Below, piece by piece: positions 1 to 14,000 of a DNA stretch of 64,000 nucleotides. Source of the DNA: Proteromonas lacertae (lineage: Eukaryota); the NCBI GenBank assembly GCA_002245135.1, contig NGBS01000899.1, positions 1 to 64,000 of the forward strand. The letters are read 5' to 3'. Made by a program: the position numbers and the translations under genes. Each line of letters starts with the position of its first letter. Within the stretch, counting starts at the first letter, position 1. Below the pieces are notes generated by a model that saw only the letters and a list, made by a program, of their open reading frames with translations, had not been told where the DNA came from and searched no databases.

Positions 1-171
1 AAAAACTCAAAATTCTTTTCAATTCTAACCAATCAAATTAAAGTATTCTATTTCAAAAATATTTTCAAACCCCATAAACAATTTTAATATAGTATGAGAA
101 TATAATTCAGAATATTGAAAGATAAAAGTTAAATGTTCAATAAATGAACAAATAACTCGCAATTTGTAAAC

Positions 172-3100
172 TTATGAAGCGAAGTTTACTATCGCACCCA
201 TAGTTGAAGCAGCTACAGAGTTCAATAAAATCAAGGCTGGTTGTTGAATACATACATCGATTGCCATTGAAATTGCAGAAGATATTATCCAACTGTTAGC
301 TTGTTGAGATGCAAATTTTACTCCATATAATAAGTTGATATACACCATAAACACGATGTAAATGAATACTACACTGTTTACACAGATTGTTATCGTTGTT
401 CTCATTCTTTTTTTGTCTTAACCATTCAACATATTCTTTCTTTCTTTGAATCTTATTCTTTGTTACTCGAATTCGGAATAAATTCAAGATTTTATTTCCA
501 GCTTCTTTTATCTCAGCATTTTCAAAATCAGTATTATCTTGATTATTTAATACTTTATTGAAATTGAAACAAATGTAAGACATTTCTAAAGACATCTTTT
601 CTAATAAACATAATATTCCGACAATAAAATAGATTATCCAAATGTAATTATATTTCTTAAATGCATCAGATAATTTTGAAGAACAACTTATTGGATCAAT
701 TCCTACAGCTAAATAATCATTATCAAAACAATTTCGAACATTATAATCATCTACACTTTTATAACCACAACATTCGAGATTATCTTCGATATAAATTATT
801 AATTCTTTTGTTCCTACTGATTTCGTCAAAGATTTCCATAAAGAATGAATACTTCCATTATTATCAAATGTTACTAATATACTGTAAATAAAACATACCA
901 GACATAATACAAATAGTATTAAGTCACAAACAAATAAGTAAATAAATGGAGTTTTCTTGAAAGAATTTACACTGATAAAAGTAAAGATTGATTCGATTAT
1001 TAATAAATCAATACAACAGTAAATATCAAGGATGGAGGTCCAAATGGCATTATACATAATACACAGATGTAGAATATTAAACTGAAGAAGAATAATACAA
1101 AACATCCACCTAATAAACCTATCTTCATTCGAGTTAAGGTTGGATTACTTACATTATTATGTAATATATAATCTAATCTCTTCTTCAAGAAACTCAAATT
1201 ATACCATTTGCCTTTACCTTTTATTGTCTTTGATGTACAACCATTCGCATATTTATATAACAAGGAATTATTAAAGTACAAGGTAACATACATAATGTAG
1301 AGATTATTGAAGTTGAAGATTAATTGAGCTACATTCTCAGCATCACTAGAGAAGAATAAGGCATTCACTGCGGTGGATGTCATTAATTGACATGTTAAAC
1401 ATAAGATTCGTTGACTTCGAGTTATTACTACTATTCCATTTACTGGCTTTAATGTTGGAGATAACCAACTATGTTCAGCTTTTAAATCTAACCAGAATCG
1501 AACTAAGAAATTTACTTTCTCTTCTTCAATATTCTTCTTCAATGTATTTTCAGCTACTTTCTCATCCAATACACCTACATTCAAGAATTGATCAGCTTTC
1601 CTTTCTTTTATTATAGATTTTTCTTTATTATCTCGATATTTGTATAACTCCAAGATAAAGCACATAACAATAATACACAACCTAAGATGATTGGAACAAT
1701 CATATTACTAGAATCATAATTTCCTAATAACTTCGCATCACTTATTGGATTTACTATATTCATTTTTGGAATGATTTTATTATTTCGAATTGTAAAATCA
1801 CTTAAATGAATTGCACCACAGGTTACAATTGTCACACTGGAAGTTCTTTCGATATTATATACATAAACACCTTTACTACTCAATTTCTTCGTTTCAGGAT
1901 CATAATAGGTACATTCCACATCTTTTAATGCAACATCATTCGATACTCGTTGAGTAAAGTATATTGGATCATTTAAATTTTCAACTTCTTCATTTTTACC
2001 ATCTTCTTTTATTATTGAAATTGTTTAAAGTTCCACTCGTTATATTTTCATTTTCCATTTCTTTTATTGCATTATCTTTCCATTCTACTATCTCGATTGA
2101 CGATTTATCTTCTATTTCGCCAGATAATAGTCGTTTATTTGTATTATAATACTCAAATCAACAGAACCACTTGAAGTATTTATCACACCATCTTTATTCT
2201 TATTGCATTTTAATAATTTTATATCAAATATATCATTCTCCATTTTAATCTCTTCCTCTTGCTCATTTCCTTTTACATTCTTGGAATAACTCTTGGAGAT
2301 TTCATCTACTAAATTCTTTGCTTCACTTGTCACACTTTTATCTTCATCAACTAAGATTCTTCTTTTATTAAACATTTCTTCTTTCTTTTCAAATCGAACC
2401 ATCGAGGATATACTCTTCAAATAGGATGATAAACTATCGATTCTTACTGATGATGATGATGATGATAAAGATTTTATTGATGAATTTACTAATTTTAATG
2501 ATTTCTTCACTATTTCTTCATCTAACATTGATTCATTTTCTAATAAACTTTCAATCACAAATGATTTTTGTTCGTGAGAATTTGAACTTTCACTTGCTGT
2601 TTCAGTATAATTCATAAATTGATTGTTTAATTTTATTACATTTTCACTATCTGTTTCATTACTAAATTCACAATTTGAACCATAATAACCAGATAGACAT
2701 TCACATTTTGTATAACAGTTCAAATCATATTCTTTACATTTAGTATCAGTCTTTTTACAGTCACCATGATCACTACATGCTTTACCATGTCGATTACCAT
2801 CATTGTCAAGATATTCACCTGGACATAATTTTGATGGAGGCTTCACAAGTTTTATAACAATCAACTATTTCAAACCATTCACCATCACATTTTTTACCAT
2901 TCTCACATTTTCTAGATCGAATCATTTTACCTTTAACTTCTAAACCATTGAAGTTTATACATTCAGCACTACATTCTGATTCTATCCATTTACTCCATTC
3001 ACCTTTTACATTTCCTTCATTTGAACATTCTTTTAATGTTTTGGTGTATGTTTGAGGATTATATTCACATTCTTTTCCTCCATATTGAGGCATTGTTTCA

Positions 3101-6100
3101 CATTTATTATAACTATGACATTCTACACTTCCACAATCTCCACTACATACTTCTACAGGTTTACAATTACTACAGTCAACTGGTTTGTGATTTTCACATC
3201 TCTCACCATAATAATCATCATTACATTTACATTGTCTATTACTATCACATGTTCCATGAATACAAGTTTCAACTTTACAATTTCGATTTAATTCTTTAGA
3301 TACTGAACCAATGTAGGTAAATACTTGGGAACTACTTTGCAAAGTATCTAATTTTTCTTTTGTATTTTGAACTAATTGTGCTTTATCATTAACATTAATT
3401 CTCTTAATGTTAATTTTAGCTTCATTTCCATCTTGTGTTTTATTTGTTGAACCCAATTTGACCATTACTTCCTTTGGCAAACACTGTTATTGTTACTTCA
3501 CCCATTGGTAATATACCTGTGTAATTAGCTTCACTTTTAAAACCATCTTGTAAATAATAATTATTACCATCAACTGTTGCCATAAATTCATATTCTATTT
3601 CTTCAGATGATTTTGATGAAGTCTTTTGTTTCCATCCAGCGGTTTTAATAGTTACAGAAGTACCAAAATCAACTGGATTAGTAGTAGGATTAACAAATTC
3701 AATATAACCCTTAAATGGAACATCACAATCTTCAGAATGAACAGTATGAGAGACTTCTTCACTATAATCTTTATTTAATGGAGATTTTACTTTCAAACTT
3801 AAATTCATAATCACCACTTGAAGAAAACATTCCTGGAGTTAATTCAATCTTTTTATCATTCTTTATATTGGCATTTGTTATTGCTTCAATTAATGTTGGA
3901 GTTTGTTTATCATCAGAACAAGACCATTCATATTTTAAGTCTCTTTTACCATCTCCTATTGATTTACTTCCATCTAATATTATATTATCATAACAGCCTA
4001 TTGAATTTCCACCTTCAATTATTGCTCTTGTTTCAATCACTACTCCATATTTTACATTTATACAACCTTTCACATGATTCTTTTCACTTTGTAATGAGCT
4101 TTCAATAAATTGTAAGGTATTATCATATACATCTCCTTCCACACACTCAGATGACTCACTTGGCAAAATTGTTGCATCATTAGATAAGGTAATCATCATC
4201 TTCTTACTATCATTTTCACTTAAGAAACATCTTGCATTTGAACCTAAATTAGTATTCTTTAATATTGAACTACATACATCTTCTTTGGTTGTTATACCTG
4301 ATTTGATTTCTTCTTCAAATTCTACTTCGATTGCAGAAGCAGATACAAATCTTGCAGTTTTTATTGACAAATCATTAAATACTTCTTGATGGAATTGATA
4401 TTCAAATTCTTTCTTATAATAATCAACATAATATGGATTAACACCTACTATTATCTTCACTAAAATTTCTTCACTTTGAATTGAACTAGGAATTGTTACT
4501 TTCGCAAAGAAATCACCTCTATCAGTATATACATAATTCAATTCACTAATTATTTCATTATTAACACTCACATTGTAATGAACTAAGGGATAAGATATTC
4601 CTCTTATTGGAATTAAACATTCTTCACCTACTTTACAATTTACTTCTTTGGGATAGATTGTGAATTTGTATGTTGGAACTTGTGCAGATGAATAAAATAA
4701 ATCATCACTTTTCATACTCAATGAAAAGGATTCTTCACTTATACTATCTCCACTTTTATCAAATGTAATAGCATAATCTTGTTTCATGTTGTATTGGTTA
4801 AATACTTTATTGTAATTGATATCACTTGTTGTAATTCTTGATGATAAGATTGGATTTATTGTTACATCTTTACTTGGTGTAACATTTAAACTTATATAAA
4901 CTTGAGCACTATTTACTGTATTATCTACTATTGAACCAATATCAAATGAGATATTCATTCCACTTCTCATTTCTGGGATTTTACTACTTCCATCTAATTC
5001 TATGTATTTACTGAATGAACTATTAGCTAATAAACCATCACTAGTAATAAGTGGCATATTTGGTTGAACAAATATTGGAATTCTTTCATTACCAACAATT
5101 TCAGATGATAAATAGAAATTATCTTTTAATATATTGTTTATTTTTTCAATATAATCACCATCAGCTTTATTAACATATGCATTTTTGTTAGTTTCAAAAA
5201 TTCCATTACCATATATAACAACACCATTTCCCATAGTCATTGTTACTCCACCACCAACAGCTTTCATTTGTTGACTTTCAACACCATCAACATATGCATA
5301 AGAATTATAAATTGAACCAGTACCTGATGAATACATAAAGTAGCCAAAATTACCTTGATTTGATACAGCAAAATTACCGCTTGTTAGTATAATCACTCCA
5401 CTTTTATCTAATTTAAATGAATTACTAGTACTTGCACCAGTTAATCCACCAAAATTAGTTCCTGATGGAAAAGCAGTTTTGATCTTCATTTGTACAAAAC
5501 AACTGGAAATGCTTGGAGCTTGCATATATCCTACAATACCTCCAAATTTTATATTGTTTATCATAGATAATTCAGTTCTTATGTTAAATAGATTATTCTC
5601 AATTGATGTAAATGAAGAACCATATGCATTGCTATTTTCAGTTAAACCTCGTGCAAATGAATCTACATTTCCATATAGTCCACCAACATAAATATTACTT
5701 GACTTAATGATTAAACTGTTCAAATCAACATAATTGTTGTATGTTTGTCCTTCATGTAAGCCAAATATATTACCAAAATAACTTTGAGAAGTACCATCTT
5801 CCACTATTACATTATCACCTGTAACGAATAAATTCTCTGATACAGATACAATATTGTTATTAGATTGAGGATCTAAATCATAGGTAGAATGATAATATCC
5901 ACTTATAAATCCAAAATATTTCCCAGAAATCATAGACACAGTTACTGTAACAGGACTACTTTCACCCTTTAATATAACACCAACACCACGTAATTTACTA
6001 CCAGCAGCTACTTCATTTGTTAATATACCAACATTATTATTGTTATTACAAGCTAGTTTTATGCTTGAAGCAATTTGTACTGTCACATCTACAAAATCAA

Positions 6101-6503
6101 CTTTAACACCTGGATCAATAATACCACATTGTGTGAAGATAATATCTTCAGGGTTTGTTAAAAGATGATCATCTACTTCTATGCGAAAAGCAACATTGTA
6201 TAACTTAAATCCTTCAACAATACCTCCATTAAATAGTCGTAAACCCAAAGAGTATGATTGAATTATAGTATCATCAACAGTGTATTTAAGTGTAATCAAA
6301 GTATTAGTACCATTACCAATAATACCAGTTATTCCATCAAGTGCAAACTGATTCGGATTAGTCATCTCAATCTGGATAGGTTTTAAAAGCCTAGCAATTC
6401 CATCTTTCACTTCAACTGAGTCAGTAAGACCATCAAGAGAAGCAGCTCCTGCGTTTGACAAGAGTAAGAGCAGAAAACAAGTAATGAATAAGATAGATTT
6501 CAT
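172..6503 (-). CDS. Polycystin-1-like/GPS surface receptor with tetraspanin insert, copy 1 (about 10 single-base frameshifts, probably sequence errors)
   Basis: ORF fragments 172-6551 are collinear with the intact 2115-aa ORF at 8067-14414. The ATG of signal peptide MKSILFITCFLLLLLSNAGA is at 6503. Indels versus copy 2 (near 410, 1005, 1260, 1316, 1642, 2025, 2150, 2839, 3452, 3796) are all +/-1 changes, nearly all in homopolymer runs. Confidence 0.85.
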
Positions 6504-6591
6504 TCTAGAATATTCTAAAAATGAATTATCGTTTTTTATATTTATTTGCATTATTGATTGAAAATATTGATATGTGTTTCTTTCAGATATA

Positions 6592-7586
6592 TATGTATAA
6601 TGCCATTTGGACCTCCATCCTTGATATTTACTGTTGTATTGATTTTATTAATAATCGAATCAATCTTTACTTTTATCAGTGTAAATTCTTTCAAGAAAAC
6701 TCCATTTATTTACTTATTTGTTTGTGACTTAATACTATTTGTATTATGTCTGGTATGTTTTATTTACAGTATATTAGTAACATTTGATAATAATGGAAGT
6801 ATTCATTCTTTATGGAAATCTTTGACGAAATCAGTAGGAACAAAAGAATTAATAATTTATATCGAAGATAATCTCGAATGTTGTGGTTATAAAAGTGTAG
6901 ATGATTATAATGTTCGAAATTGTTTTGATAATGATTATTTAGCTGTAGGAATTGATCCAATAAGTTGTTCTTCAAAATTATCTGATGCATTTAAGAAATA
7001 TAATTACATTTGGATAATCTATTTTATTGTCGGAATATTATGTTTATTAGAAAAGATGTCTTTAGAAATGTCTTACATTTGTTTCAATTTCAATAAAGTA
7101 TTAAATAATCAAGATAATACTGATTTTGAAAATGCTGAGATAAAAGAAGCTGGAAATAAAATCTTGAATTTATTCCGAATTCGAGTAACAAAGAATAAGA
7201 TTCAAAGAAAGAAAGAATATGTTGAATGGTTAAGACAAAGAAGAATGAGAACAACGATAACAATCTGTGTAAACAGTGTAGTATTCATTTACATCGTGTT
7301 TATGGTGTATATCAACTTATTATATGGAGTAAAATTTGCATCTCAACAAGCTAACAGTTGGATAATATCTTCTGCAATTTCAATGGCAATCGATGTATGT
7401 ATTCAACAACCAGCCTTGATTTTATTGAACTCTGTAGCTGCTTCAACTATGGGTGCGATAGTAAACTTCGCTTCATAAGTTTACAAATTGCGAGTTATTT
7501 GTTCATTTATTGAACATTTAACTTTTATCTTTCAATATTCTGAATTATATTCTCATACTATATTAAAATTGTTTGTTTTAAGGGTT
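6592..7586 (+). repeat. Inverted duplication of the receptor 3' end and 3' UTR; carries ORF 6600-7478 (292 aa from an in-frame ATG)
   Basis: Reverse complement of 7959-8953, with one mismatch seen near the end. Also matches ~76-1056 of copy 1. The protein is identical to the receptor C-terminus from MPFGPPS to VNFAS. Confidence 0.92.
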
Positions 7587-8066
7587 AGTTTTATTTTTAA
7601 CATTTCTATGTTATGAATCAAAATACACACTACTTTTAATCATACTTAATTATCAAAATTTATTTCAACTAGTTAAACAAGAAATACTAGTTGTACTATC
7701 AGACTTAGGTAAAATGTACTTTCAAAAAATATCTTAATTTTATACAATTAATTATCAATTGTCATAAATTTCTCTTTATAATCATTATAAATATTTTGAA
7801 TTATATCAAGCAATATTTTGATGAATAGCTCTTGTTTAAAAGATACTGAAAAACTTAGGTGTAAAAATTATAACAACTGAATCTTATAATTAAATAAGTA
7901 AGATCAACTGTACTAAGTATTATGACATGAATTTATATTGCTTAACTGTTGTTAAATAAACCCTTAAAAAAAACAATTTTAATATAGTATGAGAATATAA
8001 TTCAGAATATTGAAAGATAAAAGTTAAATGTTCAATAAATGAACAAATAACTCGCAATTTGTAAAC

Positions 8067-11000
8067 TTATGAAGCGAAGTTTACTATCGCACCCATAGTT
8101 GAAGCAGCTACAGAGTTCAATAAAATCAAGGCTGGTTGTTGAATACATACATCGATTGCCATTGAAATTGCAGAAGATATTATCCAACTGTTAGCTTGTT
8201 GAGATGCAAATTTTACTCCATATAATAAGTTGATATACACCATAAACACGATGTAAATGAATACTACACTGTTTACACAGATTGTTATCGTTGTTCTCAT
8301 TCTTCTTTGTCTTAACCATTCAACATATTCTTTCTTTCTTTGAATCTTATTCTTTGTTACTCGAATTCGGAATAAATTCAAGATTTTATTTCCAGCTTCT
8401 TTTATCTCAGCATTTTCAAAATCAGTATTATCTTGATTATTTAATACTTTATTGAAATTGAAACAAATGTAAGACATTTCTAAAGACATCTTTTCTAATA
8501 AACATAATATTCCGACAATAAAATAGATTATCCAAATGTAATTATATTTCTTAAATGCATCAGATAATTTTGAAGAACAACTTATTGGATCAATTCCTAC
8601 AGCTAAATAATCATTATCAAAACAATTTCGAACATTATAATCATCTACACTTTTATAACCACAACATTCGAGATTATCTTCGATATAAATTATTAATTCT
8701 TTTGTTCCTACTGATTTCGTCAAAGATTTCCATAAAGAATGAATACTTCCATTATTATCAAATGTTACTAATATACTGTAAATAAAACATACCAGACATA
8801 ATACAAATAGTATTAAGTCACAAACAAATAAGTAAATAAATGGAGTTTTCTTGAAAGAATTTACACTGATAAAAGTAAAGATTGATTCGATTATTAATAA
8901 AATCAATACAACAGTAAATATCAAGGATGGAGGTCCAAATGGCATTATACATAATACACAGATGTAGAATATTAAACTGAAGAAGAATAATACAAAACAT
9001 CCACCTAATAAACCTATCTTCATTCGAGTTAAGGTTGGATTACTTACATTATTATGTAATATATAATCTAATCTCTTCTTCAAGAAACTCAAATTATACC
9101 ATTTGCCTTTACCTTTTATTGTCTTTGATGTACAACCATTCGCATATTTATATAACCAAGGAATTATTAAAGTACAAGGTAACATACATAATGTAGAGAT
9201 TATTGAAGTTGAGATTAATTGAGCTACATTCTCAGCATCACTAGAGAAGAATAAGGCATTCACTGCGGTGGATGTCATTAATTGACATGTTAAACATAAG
9301 ATTCGTTGACTTCGAGTTATTACTACTATTCCATTTACTGGCTTTAATGTTGGAGATAACCAACTATGTTCAGCTTTTAAATCTAACCAGAATCGAACTA
9401 AGAAATTTACTTTCTCTTCTTCAATATTCTTCTTCAATGTATTTTCAGCTACTTTCTCATCCAATACACCTACATTCAAGAATTGATCAGCTTTCCTTTC
9501 TTTTATTATAGATTTTTCTTTATTATCTCGATATTTGGTATAACTCCAAGATAAAGCACATAACAATAATACACAACCTAAGATGATTGGAACAATCATA
9601 TTACTAGAATCATAATTTCCTAATAACTTCGCATCACTTATTGGATTTACTATATTCATTTTTGGAATGATTTTATTATTTCGAATTGTAAAATCACTTA
9701 AATGAATTGCACCACAGGTTACAATTGTCACACTGGAAGTTCTTTCGATATTATATACATAAACACCTTTACTACTCAATTTCTTCGTTTCAGGATCATA
9801 ATAGGTACATTCCACATCTTTTAATGCAACATCATTCGATACTCGTTGAGTAAAGTATATTGGATCATTTAAATTTTCAACTTCTTCATTTTTACCATCT
9901 TCTTTTATTATTGAAATTGTTAAAGTTCCACTCGTTATATTTTCATTTTCCATTTCTTTTATTGCATTATCTTTCCATTCTACTATCTCGATTGACGATT
10001 TATCTTCTATTTCGCCAGATAATAGTCGTTTATTTGTATTATAATTACTCAAATCAACAGAACCACTTGAAGTATTTATCACACCATCTTTATTCTTATT
10101 GCATTTTAATAATTTTATATCAAATATATCATTCTCCATTTTAATTTCTTCCTCTTGCTCATTTCCTTTTACATTCTTGGAATAACTCTTGGAGATTTCA
10201 TCTACTAAATTCTTTGCTTCACTTGTCACACTTTTATCTTCATCAACTAAGATTCTTCTTTTATTAAACATTTCTTCTTTCTTTTCAAATCGAACCATCG
10301 AGGATATACTCTTCAAATAGGATGATAAACTATCGATTCTTACTGATGATGATGATGATGATAAAGATTTTATTGATGAATTTACTAATTTTAATGATTT
10401 CTTCACTATTTCTTCATCTAACATTGATTCATTTTCTAATAAACTTTCAATCACAAATGATTTTTGTTCGTGAGAATTTGAACTTTCACTTGCTGTTTCA
10501 GTATAATTCATAAATTGATTGTTTAATTTTATTACATTTTCACTATCTGTTTCATTACTAAATTCACAATTTGAACCATAATAACCAGATAGACATTCAC
10601 ATTTTGTATAACAGTTCAAATCATATTCTTTACATTTAGTATCAGTCTTTTTACAGTCACCATGATCACTACATGCTTTACCATGTCGATTACCATCATT
10701 GTCAAGATATTCACCTGGACATAATTTTGATGGAGCTTCACAAGTTTTATAACAATCAACTATTTCAAACCATTCACCATCACATTTTTTACCATTCTCA
10801 CATTTTCTAGATCGAATCATTTTACCTTTAACTTCTAAACCATTGAAGTTTATACATTCAGCACTACATTCTGATTCTATCCATTTACTCCATTCACCTT
10901 TTACATTTCCTTCATTTGAACATTCTTTTAATGTTTTGGTGTATGTTTGAGGATTATATTCACATTCTTTTCCTCCATATTGAGGCATTGTTTCACATTT

Positions 11001-14000
11001 ATTATAACTATGACATTCTACACTTCCACAATCTCCACTACATACTTCTACAGGTTTACAATTACTACAGTCAACTGGTTTGTGATTTTCACATCTCTCA
11101 CCATAATAATCATCATTACATTTACATTGTCTATTACTATCACATGTTCCATGAATACAAGTTTCAACTTTACAATTTCGATTTAATTCTTTAGATACTG
11201 AACCAATGTAGGTAAATACTTGGGAACTACTTTGCAAAGTATCTAATTTTTCTTTTGTATTTTGAACTAATTGTGCTTTATCATTAACATTAATTCTCTT
11301 AATGTTAATTTTAGCTTCATTTCCATCTTGTGTTTTATTTGTTGAACCAATTTGACCATTACTTCCTTTGGCAAACACTGTTATTGTTACTTCACCCATT
11401 GGTAATATACCTGTGTAATTAGCTTCACTTTTAAAACCATCTTGTAAATAATAATTATTACCATCAACTGTTGCCATAAATTCATATTCTATTTCTTCAG
11501 ATGATTTTGATGAAGTCTTTTGTTTCCATCCAGCGGTTTTAATAGTTACAGAAGTACCAAAATCAACTGGATTAGTAGTAGGATTAACAAATTCAATATA
11601 ACCCTTAAATGGAACATCACAATCTTCAGAATGAACAGTATGAGAGACTTCTTCACTATAATCTTTATTTAATGGAGATTTTACTTTCAACTTAAATTCA
11701 TAATCACCACTTGAAGAAAACATTCCTGGAGTTAATTCAATCTTTTTATCATTCTTTATATTGGCATTTGTTATTGCTTCAATTAATGTTGGAGTTTGTT
11801 TATCATCAGAACAAGACCATTCATATTTTAAGTCTCTTTTACCATCTCCTATTGATTTACTTCCATCTAATATTATATTATCATAACAGCCTATTGAATT
11901 TCCACCTTCAATTATTGCTCTTGTTTCAATCACTACTCCATATTTTACATTTATACAACCTTTCACATGATTCTTTTCACTTTGTAATGAGCTTTCAATA
12001 AATTGTAAGGTATTATCATATACATCTCCTTCCACACACTCAGATGACTCACTTGGCAAAATTGTTGCATCATTAGATAAGGTAATCATCATCTTCTTAC
12101 TATCATTTTCACTTAAGAAACATCTTGCATTTGAACCTAAATTAGTATTCTTTAATATTGAACTACATACATCTTCTTTGGTTGTTATACCTGATTTGAT
12201 TTCTTCTTCAAATTCTACTTCGATTGCAGAAGCAGATACAAATCTTGCAGTTTTTATTGACAAATCATTAAATACTTCTTGATGGAATTGATATTCAAAT
12301 TCTTTCTTATAATAATCAACATAATATGGATTAACACCTACTATTATCTTCACTAAAATTTCTTCACTTTGAATTGAACTAGGAATTGTTACTTTCGCAA
12401 AGAAATCACCTCTATCAGTATATACATAATTCAATTCACTAATTATTTCATTATTAACACTCACATTGTAATGAACTAAGGGATAAGATATTCCTCTTAT
12501 TGGAATTAAACATTCTTCACCTACTTTACAATTTACTTCTTTGGGATAGATTGTGAATTTGTATGTTGGAACTTGTGCAGATGAATAAAATAAATCATCA
12601 CTTTTCATACTCAATGAAAAGGATTCTTCATTTATACTATCTCCACTTTTATCAAATGTAATAGCATAATCTTGTTTCATGTTGTATTGGTTAAATACTT
12701 TATTGTAATTGATATCACTTGTTGTAATTCTTGATGATAAGATTGGATTTATTGTTACATCTTTACTTGGTGTAACATTTAAACTTATATAAACTTGAGC
12801 ACTATTTACTGTATTATCTACTATTGAACCAATATCAAATGAGATATTCATTCCACTTCTCATTTCTGGGATTTTACTACTTCCATCTAATTCTATGTAT
12901 TTACTGAATGAACTATTAGCTAATAAACCATCACTAGTAATAAGTGGTATATTTGGTTGAACAAATATTGGAATTCTTTCATTACCAACAATTTCAGATG
13001 ATAAATAGAAATTATCTTTTAATGTATCAGTGATGCTTTGAATATCAGTTTTATCCTTATGTGTAAATTTATCATTTGTATCAATTCCGTTACCATAAGT
13101 AACAACATTACTATTAGCTTGTACAGATATTCCACTACCAACAGCTTTCATTTGTTGACTTTCAACACCATCAACATATGCATAAGAATCATAATAATAG
13201 CCAATACCTGATGTTGCTGTATGAAAATAAGCAACATTACCATTTGATGGTAAAGCAAAACTACCACTTGTTAGTATAATCACTGAAACGAAATGTAATT
13301 TAATCATACCAGAAGCACTACCCATCAATCCACCAAAATTAGTTCCTGATGGAAAAGCAGTTTTAATCTTCATTTGTATAAAACATTTGTAGAAAACAGC
13401 ACCATTAAATAATCCTGCAATACCTCCAAATTTTTCATCTGTTCCTTCAATTTTCAACTCATTTCTTAAATTGAATAAACTATTCTCAACATTTATTATA
13501 GAAGAAGTAACATCATCATTATAATTAGATAAACCAGAGGCTACAGCATCCACATTTCCATATAGTCCACCAACATAAGCACCACTAGTTTTGATGTAAA
13601 AATTGTCTAAATCAACATAATTATTATATGTCTTTCCTTTATGTAAACCAAATATATTACCAAAATAACTTTGAGAAGTACCATCTTCCACTATTACTTT
13701 ATCACCTGTAACGAATAAATTCTCTGATAAATCTGGATTAGTACAAATACCTTGTTGAATATTACAATCATATATACCACTTATAAATCCAAAATAATTT
13801 GTTAAACTCATTGAAACAGTTACTGTAACAGGACCATTGTCACCCCTGATAATTACACCAACACCACGTAATTTACTACCAGCAGCTAAGTAATTGGTTA
13901 ATAAACCAACACGACTATCACTGTGACTACATGTTAACTTTATGCTTGAAGAAATTTGCACTGTAACATCTACAAAATCAACTTTAACACCTGTATCAAC

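Noticed and set aside
172..3800. Copy 1 as a true pseudogene or phase-variable gene
   Set aside because: Lesions are +/-1 changes, nearly all in homopolymers, with no nonsense substitutions and almost no SNPs. This fits unpolished long-read error in a repeat, though it cannot be excluded without reads.
7565..7590. Polyadenylation-created stop codons (a Blastocystis trait) suggested by TGTTTGTT
   Set aside because: TGTTT-like motifs follow several genes, but every gene I traced has a genomic stop codon.
7575..7965. TTAAGGGTT as a telomeric remnant
   Set aside because: It is a single unit and part of the duplicated arm, with no tandem array.
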